Under the pieces are notes generated by a model, which was given only the letters and a program-made list of their open reading frames with translations, did no database searches and was not told the DNA's origin. Position numbers and translations under genes: made by a program. Source: a virus (lineage: Duplodnaviria > Caudoviricetes). Taken from it: 64,000 nucleotides of DNA. How positions within the stretch are numbered: position 1 is the stretch's first letter; every line of letters starts with the position of its first letter. Positions 39,592 through 49,664 of this stretch are shown here, piece after piece. The DNA lies in the IMG/VR virus record IMGVR_UViG_3300030055_000003. The stretch is one strand, 5' to 3'.

Positions 39592-40050
39592 TTATCTGCT
39601 TTGATATCTTTCAAATAATTCAACCATAGACATATGATTATATCTAGCTAAATCAACTGCTACTGCACATATATTACTTTCCGTAGAAACACCTAAACAA
39701 TAACATAAATAATCTAATAAGTGGTCATATTCCATATCATCAATCTCTTCATCATCTTCATATAATGGTTGCCTTAATGAACTAAAACATTCTAAAGCTT
39801 TGCCATTAATTATCTTTTGAGTATTTAGACTTCCCATATTACTGCCTTCAGCATATCTCCAACAACTATCAAGCCAATCATTTTCTGAATATTTATCATC
39901 ACATAATATATCAAATTCGTCTCTAGTTATACAATAAACTCTTATTTCTTCAGTTTCTTTCCAATCATACCCTTTCCAAGTTAATTTAGGGTTTATATTT
40001 AATCTTTTGAATTCTTTCTTTGGATTTCCCCATATTAATATTTCTATCAT
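39592..40050 (-). CDS. Hypothetical protein
   Basis: Co-oriented ORF. Confidence 0.55.
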   Translation of the reverse strand: MIEILIWGNPKKEFKRLNINPKLTWKGYDWKETEEIRVYCITRDEFDILCDDKYSENDWLDSCWRYAEGSNMGSLNTQKIINGKALECFSSLRQPLYEDDEEIDDMEYDHLLDYLCYCLGVSTESNICAVAVDLARYNHMSMVELFERYQSR

Positions 40051-40340
40051 TTATTACTCTCCTCTAACATTTCATTGATTTGATTTATTTGTTCTTCTAA
40101 ATCTTTTCTAATTGTTATAAAGTCTGTTTCTTCAATAACTTTACCTTTTTCATCCAATACAACATCATAAATAATTTTTAACTTCAGCTCTCTATATGTA
40201 AACTCTTTATTTTCACAGTTCCAAATTTTATTCTTAAAATCTTCATACCAAAATATTAAAACTTCTTTTATACTTCTAAACTCTAAATCCACACCTGAAC
40301 CTACATTCATTTTTATAACTTCTTTTAACATTTTAATCAT
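40047..40340 (-). CDS. Hypothetical protein
   Basis: Co-oriented ORF. Confidence 0.5.
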   Translation of the reverse strand: MIKMLKEVIKMNVGSGVDLEFRSIKEVLIFWYEDFKNKIWNCENKEFTYRELKLKIIYDVVLDEKGKVIEETDFITIRKDLEEQINQINEMLEESNK

Positions 40341-40452
40341 TCTCCTTCATACTTATATATTATTATCTTAATTTATTATTTATGCTTTTCTGTAAAATGA
40401 ACTATTAAGAATAAAGCTATTGACACACCTACAGAAAACATTATTGCTTGCA

Positions 40453-40656
40453 TTATTCTTGTTCTTCTAAAATCCATTTATCTTGCATATACAAAAATAC
40501 TGGACATGGTCTATAAGTTCCATTAAGTTCTATCATCAAATCTCCATATACGCCTTTGAAGAGTTTGAATTTATCATCACCAACTCTTTTAAATTTTCTA
40601 TCCTTATTTGAAAGTTTATTTAAAAATGCTATTACTTGAAACATCGTACATTCCAT
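40453..40656 (-). CDS. Hypothetical protein
   Basis: ORF with SD. Confidence 0.5.
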   Translation of the reverse strand: MECTMFQVIAFLNKLSNKDRKFKRVGDDKFKLFKGVYGDLMIELNGTYRPCPVFLYMQDKWILEEQE

Positions 40657-40661
40657 TTATT

Positions 40662-41216
40662 TTAATCCTCCTTTATAAATCCATCTAATAATGTGTAATT
40701 CAAGAAATTTTTATCTCTAAAATAAATATACATTTCATCATTATTTTTAAAATTCAAATCTCCTTTAAACCCTTTAAACTCACTCATTTCATATGTTAAC
40801 CTTTTAATAATATTAGATATACTATCCCCTCGTCTAATCATTCTAAATATTCTTATATACCAAGGCGTTTTTATATATAATGTTTTAATTTGAACATCTA
40901 TATTTTTTTCTTTTAAACTTTTTACTCCTGTAGGGAATAATAAATAAAAGTCTTTATTTTTTAAATCTTCTTCTATAGTATAATACCTATCTATTTTATC
41001 TTTATTTGGAACGGGTTGTCTTGCAATTGCTATAGCCCATTCCTCATTAGCTTGTTCTTCAGAAACAAATAAATGTGTATTTTCTCCTTTAAATCTTGGT
41101 TTACGTGTAGTTCTGCTGATTACTTTTTTCATATTGAAATCTTGGCATATTTTATCAGTGATATAATCTTTACCTGCTCCAGACTTTCCTACTGGTACAT
41201 ATAATATGTTACTCAT
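40662..41216 (-). CDS. Guanylate-kinase-like protein
   Basis: VGKSGAGKD and SRTTRKPR..GE...H.FV. Confidence 0.8.
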   Translation of the reverse strand: MSNILYVPVGKSGAGKDYITDKICQDFNMKKVISRTTRKPRFKGENTHLFVSEEQANEEWAIAIARQPVPNKDKIDRYYTIEEDLKNKDFYLLFPTGVKSLKEKNIDVQIKTLYIKTPWYIRIFRMIRRGDSISNIIKRLTYEMSEFKGFKGDLNFKNNDEMYIYFRDKNFLNYTLLDGFIKED

Positions 41217-41578
41217 TATATTTCACCTCCAAAAACTGAAATATAAATTCCTTTTATTTTGTCTTTTTCTTTATAATGGATTCTGCCACATCTGTTGCTT
41301 TTACTATTATGTATTTCTGTAATTGTATTTGTTCTATTATCTTTGACTATTTTGAGGTAGCCATAATAACAAATATCTCTATCTTCATTAATACTATCAG
41401 TACTTGAACTATAAAACCCTCTGTTTAATTTGTACTGGATTTCAAAATCTGTAAGGTTATGACTTTTATTAGTAGTCTCTCTGTACTTATTAATTACATC
41501 TTTTTTAACTTTCAGCCAAGGAAAACCATTCTCAGTTAATTTACTTTTTAATTGTGATTTTTTAAATAATTTAAACAT
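41216..41578 (-). CDS. Hypothetical protein
   Basis: Co-oriented ORF. Confidence 0.55.
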   Translation of the reverse strand: MFKLFKKSQLKSKLTENGFPWLKVKKDVINKYRETTNKSHNLTDFEIQYKLNRGFYSSSTDSINEDRDICYYGYLKIVKDNRTNTITEIHNSKSNRCGRIHYKEKDKIKGIYISVFGGEI

Positions 41579-41613
41579 TTCTTTAACCTCTTTCTTCTAT
41601 TAATTTATTTGAA

Positions 41614-42117
41614 TTACTTTCCATACATATTTCCATAACCCTTACACCATGTTCTTGTATAATCATCTTTAATTATTTTTCCATCTCGTATTAACAAATA
41701 TCTACTCATACTTCCTTTATTATCTTCTTGATAATACCCAGGATTACTCTCAGTTTCTTTTTCTTCTTCATAATTAATATCTTCCCAATAATTTTCTTCC
41801 TCATATTGAAAATCAATTCGACCTTCAGCATTTGGAAAATATTTAAGTAAAAACTTTATCCATTCATAAGCTGGATTTCCATAATTCTTTAATTCTGTTC
41901 CAAAAAATATGTATACTGAACCATTTCCTCCACCATTAGCTATAGTGTCATGACATACCCATTTTCTTTCTAGTGTATCATTATCTGAATCTTTTAAAGT
42001 TGCATCTGATTCAAAATATTCTTTTGCTTGTTCTAATTTACTTTGTATTTCTCCTAAATTGTCACATCCTATACTATCAACATTTAACCATCCTCTTACT
42101 TGTGTATACATTCCCAT
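41614..42117 (-). CDS. Hypothetical protein
   Basis: MGMYTQVRG start; SD. Confidence 0.6.
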   Translation of the reverse strand: MGMYTQVRGWLNVDSIGCDNLGEIQSKLEQAKEYFESDATLKDSDNDTLERKWVCHDTIANGGGNGSVYIFFGTELKNYGNPAYEWIKFLLKYFPNAEGRIDFQYEEENYWEDINYEEEKETESNPGYYQEDNKGSMSRYLLIRDGKIIKDDYTRTWCKGYGNMYGK

Positions 42118-42269
42118 TTTTCATTTCTCCTTTTCTCATTAATCTATCATTTTTGTAATTTGTTCAATTTTAAACTCTCTCATACTTCCATATACTCACT
42201 CATACTCTTGTTTTCAAGTCTAACTTTTAATTAAAATCAGTATTTAAAAATGAAAATGATTATCAATTG

Positions 42270-42884
42270 TTAATTCTCTTCTAAGTACCACTTTGCTTCT
42301 TCCAAAACAGTTCTAAATTCAGATTCTGTTAATTTCCAAGGTAAAACTGCCAGTATGTTTCTTAATGGTAAATACTTTCCTTCTAACAACAACTTATAAT
42401 CCTTGTTAATACATTCTTCTCTACATGGCAAGACATCCTTACATAAGCAATTTACTATTTCATGATCAATTCTACACAACTTTCCTGACTTAATTATGTT
42501 CATAAAGTTTACAGGTGTTCCTACTTTAATAAATCTTTGATTTGTATTTACTCCTACAGAATCATTTTTAGCACCATTAAAGATAAATTTAATATTTCCA
42601 TTCACTTTTTTAATTGATTTAATTTCCCATAGTGGACTATCACTCTTATATTCTTCTCCATCTTCAATATTATTAATTACTTCTTGTAACTTATACTCTT
42701 TCACTTGCTTGTCCTCCTTAATTCTTTCAAATCTACCCTTGTTATACCAACAGTTACCTTTATTATCTTTTACGTTATATTCTGTTTCATCTTCTTCTAA
42801 AACTTCATACATACTTTGTTTTGTTAAATTTTCAAAACATCCATTGTTGTTTACGCACATAACTTTGAACAAATTATCACTCAT
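42270..42884 (-). CDS. Hypothetical protein
   Basis: Co-oriented ORF. Confidence 0.55.
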   Translation of the reverse strand: MSDNLFKVMCVNNNGCFENLTKQSMYEVLEEDETEYNVKDNKGNCWYNKGRFERIKEDKQVKEYKLQEVINNIEDGEEYKSDSPLWEIKSIKKVNGNIKFIFNGAKNDSVGVNTNQRFIKVGTPVNFMNIIKSGKLCRIDHEIVNCLCKDVLPCREECINKDYKLLLEGKYLPLRNILAVLPWKLTESEFRTVLEEAKWYLEEN

Positions 42885-43076
42885 ATTCTTTTTAACTCCT
42901 TTACTATTCTAAACTTTTCGTTTAATTTGTTATAGACTCTATTTATAGCTTCCTGTCTTATGTATGGTTGTCTTTTATCTTCTGGAATTTCACTTAAACA
43001 TCTTTTCATAAATATTACCTCCTTAATCATATCTTACAACTTTTCTTATTGCTTGTCTATATTTATATTAATTTAT

Positions 43077-43322
43077 TTATATTAAATCTTTATCTAAACC
43101 ATACTTTAATATTATTTTATTAATATCTAGTCCATTAGACAAATCAGTATGAATTATATTTAAAGCCATAGCATAAGAATTTGAGGTTCTAGTATTTATA
43201 TCCTTGCATAATTTTTGTAAATATATTTCACTAATATTAAATTCTTGCGATAGGCTTTTTATGATATTATCATATGTAATTAATTGTGATTTTGCTTGAG
43301 ATTGCAAATCTATTAAACTCAT
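43077..43322 (-). CDS. Hypothetical protein
   Basis: Coupled to upstream gene. Confidence 0.5.
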   Translation of the reverse strand: MSLIDLQSQAKSQLITYDNIIKSLSQEFNISEIYLQKLCKDINTRTSNSYAMALNIIHTDLSNGLDINKIILKYGLDKDLI

Positions 43323-44035
43323 AATTCTCCATTCTCCTTTAACAAAATTTCTAAATCATTTATAACTTCTTCTAGTTCTTTATTGTCTTCATTCTGCTTC
43401 AACCTGCGTTCACAAACTAATTTAATTCTATTTATTCTAGACTTAGGCAAATAATCACTAGGATTTTCAATTTTATCTTTTATAAAAAATAATTCATTAC
43501 TTGCTTCTATTCTTCTTGATTCCATTTCCTTATAAGATTTTTCTAGCTTAACAATTCTTTTCTTTAATTTATTTATGTATTTTTCATCACAAGTATTATA
43601 AAACTTTGTTACTTCTCTACTTAATGATCTTATCATAGAATTCTTTAGAATATCCATTTCTACTTTTAGTTCTCGTTTCTTTGGTTTCTTTAATAATGTT
43701 AAACATATATTATCTCTACATTCATAACTACCATATACACCTATTTCTTTGGGGATTTCATCTTTAATTTGCTCATATAATTCTTTAGGCATAACATAGT
43801 AGTTATAGTGACCTACAAAATTATGACCATGTTCGCTATGAAAATCTGACTTACTTATCTTAATCTCGTAGCATCTAAAAATATCTTTTGTGTCCATCGT
43901 CATATAATCTACTCTACCTTTGCCATACCATCCTAGAGTCACTTCAAAACAACCAAAGATTGCTCTAATAGAGGTTTCTTTATATATGGTTTGTTCAATT
44001 TTCTCAGTTAATTCTGTTTTAGCTATTTTAATCAC
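43319..44035 (-). CDS. PD-(D/E)xK nuclease-like protein (MmcB-like)
   Basis: EVT...GRVDYM...CYEIKISKSDF. Confidence 0.65.
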   Translation of the reverse strand: MIKIAKTELTEKIEQTIYKETSIRAIFGCFEVTLGWYGKGRVDYMTMDTKDIFRCYEIKISKSDFHSEHGHNFVGHYNYYVMPKELYEQIKDEIPKEIGVYGSYECRDNICLTLLKKPKKRELKVEMDILKNSMIRSLSREVTKFYNTCDEKYINKLKKRIVKLEKSYKEMESRRIEASNELFFIKDKIENPSDYLPKSRINRIKLVCERRLKQNEDNKELEEVINDLEILLKENGEL

Positions 44036-44040
44036 CTTCC

Positions 44041-44238
44041 TTATATTTCTTTACCTTCAAATTCATATAATTTTTTAGCACAATGAGTTTTAAAATTATC
44101 TACAGTATTCACAGTCCAATAACAATCTAAACTTTTATCTTCCCAAACCATAACTCTTACGCCTTTTGCATAACACCTACTATTCCATGATAAATCTACT
44201 TCTTCAATTATTTCCACAATATAATATTTTGGTATCAT
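44041..44238 (-). CDS. Hypothetical protein
   Basis: ORF with SD. Confidence 0.5.
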   Translation of the reverse strand: MIPKYYIVEIIEEVDLSWNSRCYAKGVRVMVWEDKSLDCYWTVNTVDNFKTHCAKKLYEFEGKEI

Positions 44239-44310
44239 ATTTTTTCTCCTTTCTAATTGATAATAATTCCCATTAAAACACGTCTTTTAACAAAATTTTA
44301 CATTTAATCA

Positions 44311-45417
44311 TTAGCCTAAACTTACCTTAATTTTATTTATTACATCTTTAACAATAGGAATTACTTTATTTACTCTATCTCCTGTATTATAATCCATATC
44401 AAATTCATGTTCATCTCTACACATCCACGTTCTATCAATTATAGCTTCTTTATACTTATTCAATAATAGTTCTATATTACAGTTTTTAAACTCTTCTCTT
44501 TCCTCCTTTGATAGAATACTTAAAAAGTCTTCTGCTATTTCATTTTCTTTATACTTTAACTTTTCATCAATTATATCATCCATAATATAAACTATAGAAT
44601 CTAAAGTAACAACTTCACCACTTTCTAAAATCAAATTATTATCTTTTATTTTTGATATTTTAGCCTTATAATACTCATATTGCTTATTATTAACTAATGT
44701 TGTTATATCTAAAATATCTCCTATAATATAAATGGACTCTACTCTATTCTTATCCAATGTATTATTATCAGCATAACATTCATAGATTTTATTATATTTT
44801 ATTTCAAATCTATTCTTCCAGTTTTCATTTTCTACATTATGCTTATCTAATGAATATTGAACAAAACTAGATACACATTTAAATAGTTCCTCAATAGCTT
44901 TTCTATCTACATATGGAGTTCTAATTCCAGCACTATTTAGATCGCCTTGACAATTAAAAGTAGTTCCACAATAAACTATATATCTTTCATCTTTTCCTTC
45001 TGAATCTACACTCTTGTTTATCTCATAGAAATCATCACAAGCGAATCCTTCAGTTGTTTGTACTTTTGAATATCTAATATCTCCACTTTGATATTCATGT
45101 TTTTGACCATCTATTCTAGTGTCATCATTTAATTGATAATCAAGAATCCATTTTAAATCCAATATCATAGGAAAATCATGAGTACATCTACTACCTACTA
45201 ATTTCCATTTTATAATTTCATTGTCGTTATCATCCCAATCTACTACTATCTTCTTAAATACTTTTACTGTATAGTAATAATACATAATTCCTTTTTCACT
45301 TGTTAAGTTTATATAGTCATCAAACCCTTGTATTGATGGATTTGAAAATTCTAAAATCATAAAATCGCTTTCCCATCTGAACCTATTCTTTATTCTTTTA
45401 AATTTAAAACCTTTCAT
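44311..45417 (-). CDS. Large hypothetical protein
   Basis: 368-aa ORF with SD. Confidence 0.65.
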   Translation of the reverse strand: MKGFKFKRIKNRFRWESDFMILEFSNPSIQGFDDYINLTSEKGIMYYYYTVKVFKKIVVDWDDNDNEIIKWKLVGSRCTHDFPMILDLKWILDYQLNDDTRIDGQKHEYQSGDIRYSKVQTTEGFACDDFYEINKSVDSEGKDERYIVYCGTTFNCQGDLNSAGIRTPYVDRKAIEELFKCVSSFVQYSLDKHNVENENWKNRFEIKYNKIYECYADNNTLDKNRVESIYIIGDILDITTLVNNKQYEYYKAKISKIKDNNLILESGEVVTLDSIVYIMDDIIDEKLKYKENEIAEDFLSILSKEEREEFKNCNIELLLNKYKEAIIDRTWMCRDEHEFDMDYNTGDRVNKVIPIVKDVINKIKVSLG

Positions 45418-45422
45418 AGTTT

Positions 45423-45905
45423 CTATGCCTCCATTAATTTATTTATATTTACATATATTTCTTTATTCTTGTCTAAATTATAATCTGTTTCTACTATTTC
45501 ATAATCATCTAATACTTTTGATTTTTTAATTTTATTATATATTATATCTTCTTCATCTAAAAACATATTTTGATACTTTTCATATCCTAATTTATCTACT
45601 GATAATTTATGTATAAACGACATATTTAACATATTTTTATCGTTATCTATAAATGGATTTTCAAAATTAAATTCATTTTCAAATTTCCATGTAGATTTTC
45701 CTCCTTTAAATATTTTTATTTTTGCTATTACATTAAAACTACATGGTGTAAGATATTCATATTTTGTTGGATTTACCCATGCATTGCTTCTTATACGACA
45801 ACTCGTAACTGTTAAAAGATAGCCTTCTATAGAAGATTGTTCTTCTTTTAATGGAATAAATATTCTCTCTACAGATCCGTTATATTTTAATTCTATCACT
45901 TTCAT
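45423..45905 (-). CDS. Hypothetical protein
   Basis: ORF with SD. Confidence 0.55.
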   Translation of the reverse strand: MKVIELKYNGSVERIFIPLKEEQSSIEGYLLTVTSCRIRSNAWVNPTKYEYLTPCSFNVIAKIKIFKGGKSTWKFENEFNFENPFIDNDKNMLNMSFIHKLSVDKLGYEKYQNMFLDEEDIIYNKIKKSKVLDDYEIVETDYNLDKNKEIYVNINKLMEA

Positions 45906-45943
45906 TTTTAATTCCTCCTAAATATTACCATAAAATATCACTT

Positions 45944-46270
45944 CTATTCAATTTTATTTCTTCTTCCATATTTCTTAGCATCTCTTAAATAATTATAATC
46001 ATCTTTTACTCTACATTCTTTACAAGCATCCCATAAAAGACTTTCTTGCGTATAATCGGTATATCCTAAATATTCACATGTATAAACTATATCACGACAT
46101 GAATTTCTTGGAGTTGTCCAACATTCTTCATTGCAATTATTGGCATGTTCACAATTTGTTTTGTTTCTTTTTATAGTTGTTATGTATTTTCTCCAAGGAC
46201 ATTTTGCTTTTGGGTTATAACAATAACAAGTATCTTTAGGAATCCATTTCTTCATTGCTCTCTTTTTCAT
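45944..46270 (-). CDS. Cys-rich hypothetical protein
   Basis: IPKDTCYCY...CPWR...WDACKEC. Confidence 0.55.
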   Translation of the reverse strand: MKKRAMKKWIPKDTCYCYNPKAKCPWRKYITTIKRNKTNCEHANNCNEECWTTPRNSCRDIVYTCEYLGYTDYTQESLLWDACKECRVKDDYNYLRDAKKYGRRNKIE

Positions 46271-46316
46271 ATTATCACTTCCTTATGTATTTCTATTAAT
46301 TTGTTTGTCTAAACTA

Positions 46317-46345
46317 ATATTATCATAAACTACCAATCAATGCAA
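46317..46345 (-). promoter_or_regulatory. Sigma-A promoter flanked by two motif-A copies
   Basis: TTGCAT-17-TAATAT; motif A at 46291 and 46352. Confidence 0.55.
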
Positions 46346-46390
46346 TAGTAATTCTATTAATTTATTTAAATATTTTAAAAAGCAATAAAA

Positions 46391-46420
46391 GAGAACTATA
46401 AAAATTCAATTATAGTTCTC
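46391..46420 (-). terminator. Intrinsic terminator
   Basis: GAGAACTATAA...TTATAGTTCTC perfect 11-bp stem followed by UUUUAUU. Confidence 0.75.
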
Positions 46421-46429
46421 ACAACTCTG

Positions 46430-47866
46430 TTATTTAGTATTTTCTATAGCATAATTAATTCTATTTAACAAATTGCTTATGGTAACATGCTCCATAAACT
46501 GATACTTTTCATTCCTAACCTCATTATTAACGTAGTAGTCTTTTGCATTCTCTATTAAAGTATTTATATAATGTCTTGAAGTTCCAGTACAACATATAAC
46601 TACATCATAACTCACTAATTTTGAAATAATCTTTAGTGGACTTTCTGAATAGGTATCAAATCCACTAACTTTTAAATTATATTTCTTTAACTCACTTATA
46701 TATAATTTTTGATTAAATGAATTAATAATCAATACTTTTTGATTATTAAAATTTTCATAATTGATGTATTCTTTTTTTATATTCCCTGTTCTAATCACTT
46801 TAAGCTTATTATCTTTTCTTAAATTCATTTCATAAAGATGGCTAATCAACTCTTCTTTACTTTCAATATAAGGATATATATTTGTAATTACATATTCATT
46901 ATTTTCATCATTAAATTCAGCTACGCAAAAGACTTCTTCTAAATCTTCTATATAATACTTACTAGCATTTACATTATCAAAAGTATTCCCATTATAGTCT
47001 ATATAAATGTATTTATCATCGTTATTCTTTAACATACCCATAGATTCTTTTATTTTAACTAGAACATGTCTAGGATTATCTGATTTTATACTTAGTTTAT
47101 TTTCTTTTGTAGTATCGACTACAATTTCTTTTACTTTTTCAGTAGGTTCATATATTTCTAATTTTTTTCTTAAATTTTGATTTTCCACACTTAAGCTATA
47201 CTTATCATTTTCCAATGATTCTATTTGTTGCTTATACAAATTACTATATCCATCAAGTTTATTGATTCTTAAACTGTCTACATCCTTAATTAACGTTGAA
47301 ATAATTTCAGTTTTACCACCTAATTGAGTCCTTAAGTCTCTGTTTGAAACTGATAATAATTCTAATTTTTCACTAAGTTTTCTAAGCATGTTTTGTTGCC
47401 CTATCTGTCGCTTGTATTTATAATATTCTTTTGATAAATCTTTATGAACTTTTTGTAATATATAATATTGTAATTTAATATCATCATATTTTTCTTTTAA
47501 GTTCACAAGGTTAGTCTTGTTTATATTTATATCATCATTTAACTTCTTATTAGTATTAGCATATGATAAAATTTTCTTTTCTAATTTTTTAGATTTTGTA
47601 ATAGCTAATGTTTTTTCAACTTTTAATACTTTCATTTGATTTTTAAGTATCTTTAGTTGTTCAGCATGTTTATTAATCTGAATTTTGTCATTGTTGCTAT
47701 CCTCCTTATTATCAACTTCAATAATCTCATTATTTTTAGTCAATTCCTTAGATTTTTCCTCAAATTGTTTCTTTAATAACTCTCTCTTTTCTTCCATGAG
47801 TTTTTTATTTTTATCTACTATATCTGGTGGTTTTCCAAAGTTTTTTATTATTATTCCATAGCCCAT
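46430..47866 (-). CDS. Long coiled-coil protein with C-terminal DUF2325-like domain
   Basis: Heptads across residues ~15-240; KVLII...YDVVICCTGTSRH. Confidence 0.55.
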   Translation of the reverse strand: MGYGIIIKNFGKPPDIVDKNKKLMEEKRELLKKQFEEKSKELTKNNEIIEVDNKEDSNNDKIQINKHAEQLKILKNQMKVLKVEKTLAITKSKKLEKKILSYANTNKKLNDDININKTNLVNLKEKYDDIKLQYYILQKVHKDLSKEYYKYKRQIGQQNMLRKLSEKLELLSVSNRDLRTQLGGKTEIISTLIKDVDSLRINKLDGYSNLYKQQIESLENDKYSLSVENQNLRKKLEIYEPTEKVKEIVVDTTKENKLSIKSDNPRHVLVKIKESMGMLKNNDDKYIYIDYNGNTFDNVNASKYYIEDLEEVFCVAEFNDENNEYVITNIYPYIESKEELISHLYEMNLRKDNKLKVIRTGNIKKEYINYENFNNQKVLIINSFNQKLYISELKKYNLKVSGFDTYSESPLKIISKLVSYDVVICCTGTSRHYINTLIENAKDYYVNNEVRNEKYQFMEHVTISNLLNRINYAIENTK

Positions 47867-47968
47867 TAATGTACACCTCCTTAATCTATATTATAGACTA
47901 AGATAGTATTAATATTCACTATATACCATTTTTCAATCTAATATATCATACAAAAATAAGGAAAGCAT

Positions 47969-49261
47969 TTAACCCTCCTTACGTAATTCTGTTCCATCAA
48001 TGATTAAATTAACTTTTCTACAATCTAACTTATCTTCATTTCTATATTTTATATCATAATAATCATTTATATCCAATACAAAATTAGACAAATGCCATAT
48101 TCTAGTTACTCCATCTTTGTTAATTCTAGTAATTATAAATCCACTTATATTGATTAACCATTGATATTTTGACACTTTTGAAATATCTTCTTTATCTATA
48201 ATCACTTTTACTTCGCTATTATTTCTTTTAATGGATATATATGCAATATCACCACATTCAATAATTAAATTTTTATGAACCTTTGTATGTTTTGTTTCTT
48301 CATTATTAAGCAAATTTAGTTCTTTTTTAACCTTTTTCCTTCTGTCGTATTCAATCTCAACTGCACCTAACCAATTAAAAAATATATGCATTATTTTATA
48401 TATATTAGCTTTACATATTATTTCTTTTGGATACCATATTTTAAATTTTTCTTCTATGGTTACAAAATCTATATCATATTTCCCATTATATAATTCATAT
48501 AAATAATCCATTCTTGCAGAACTCTCTAAATCATATAGTGCTATTCTCTTTATATTTATAACCTTACACGCCTTGTAAATTCTAGAATTAAGTGTATCAT
48601 AATTAACAATTTCATGGTTTTTGCCTTTTATTATATGAAAAATGTTTTTGTTAAAATCAATATATTTCTTTTTATGGATTTCCTTTGCTAAATCCATCCA
48701 TTTTAAGAAATCAGAATCCACACTAATATGCAGAATTATTTCTTCTTCTTCATTAAATATAATCACTTCTTTATTTTTAAAATCTATATCTTTCCACTTT
48801 ATTTGCCTAGCATATATCATCTTCTGACCAGTAATACCGTATCTAGCTAATATTAAAGGTAAAACATTGTCTATGCCATTTGCTTCAAAAATTTTTCTAC
48901 ACAAATTAAAAAAATTATACTTAGAAATATACCAAGAATTATCTACTTTGTTTTTTCGTTTTAATTTAAATTCTTTGAGTTCTTTATGATAACTTTTAGA
49001 ATACCATTTTAAATAAAATTTAATAAAAGAATTAAATGTATATAATATACTGTCACTTAAGTCTGTGACTTTTTCATTACATTTTTTAATTTCATCTTCT
49101 CCAAAATCATATAAGTCTTTATTAGATTCATTTTCAATGTCAGCTATATAATTCATATACAAGTTCCAATTTGTAATTTCAGTAGATTTAGAGTAATTAG
49201 AACCTTTAAAAAATAAATATTTATTTACTTGAAATTGACTAGGTATAGGCATAAATTCCAA
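47969..49261 (-). CDS. MrpR/tyrosine-recombinase-like protein fused to a degenerate HNH-like domain
   Basis: E....KDLYDF...EI, LARYG, IKWKDIDF; C-terminal IIDKED...KYQW...WHLSNFVL...DKLDCRKVNL. Confidence 0.6.
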   Translation of the reverse strand: MEFMPIPSQFQVNKYLFFKGSNYSKSTEITNWNLYMNYIADIENESNKDLYDFGEDEIKKCNEKVTDLSDSILYTFNSFIKFYLKWYSKSYHKELKEFKLKRKNKVDNSWYISKYNFFNLCRKIFEANGIDNVLPLILARYGITGQKMIYARQIKWKDIDFKNKEVIIFNEEEEIILHISVDSDFLKWMDLAKEIHKKKYIDFNKNIFHIIKGKNHEIVNYDTLNSRIYKACKVINIKRIALYDLESSARMDYLYELYNGKYDIDFVTIEEKFKIWYPKEIICKANIYKIMHIFFNWLGAVEIEYDRRKKVKKELNLLNNEETKHTKVHKNLIIECGDIAYISIKRNNSEVKVIIDKEDISKVSKYQWLINISGFIITRINKDGVTRIWHLSNFVLDINDYYDIKYRNEDKLDCRKVNLIIDGTELRKEG

Positions 49262-49622
49262 TTAAATCACCTCCAATGGTTATATTATTGCCAAAAAACA
49301 TTAACAATATAACCATTTTTGATAAAATTTTTATCCTTTATTAAAATAAATTAAAGTAATTTTTAAGTATCAAATATTTATTAAACTTAATGTATATTTA
49401 TTTTTATATTACACATAATACTATTGTAATGAAATAACAAAAACATGGTTATATTTATAGCTATTGTTATTGCTATTTCATACATAAAATTAAGCCTGTT
49501 GGATATTTATTTTCTAAGCAATTATATTTTATCCTACAGGCTGTTTTATATTTAATATTTTATGTTTATTAATTGAAAATCAATTTAAAATGCAAATTTT
49601 ATTTGGTTTTTAGCAAAAGTTA

Positions 49623-49647
49623 AAAGGCTATAACTTAGTCATAGCCT
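49623..49647 (-). terminator. Probable terminator
   Basis: AAGGCTAT...ATAGCCTT stem followed by U residues. Confidence 0.55.
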
Positions 49648-49664
49648 TATTCTTGTTTTTTTTA

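Noticed and set aside
49321-49440. Replication origin in the AT-rich gap
   Set aside because: No iterons or DnaA boxes found; AT-richness alone is uninformative in this genome.
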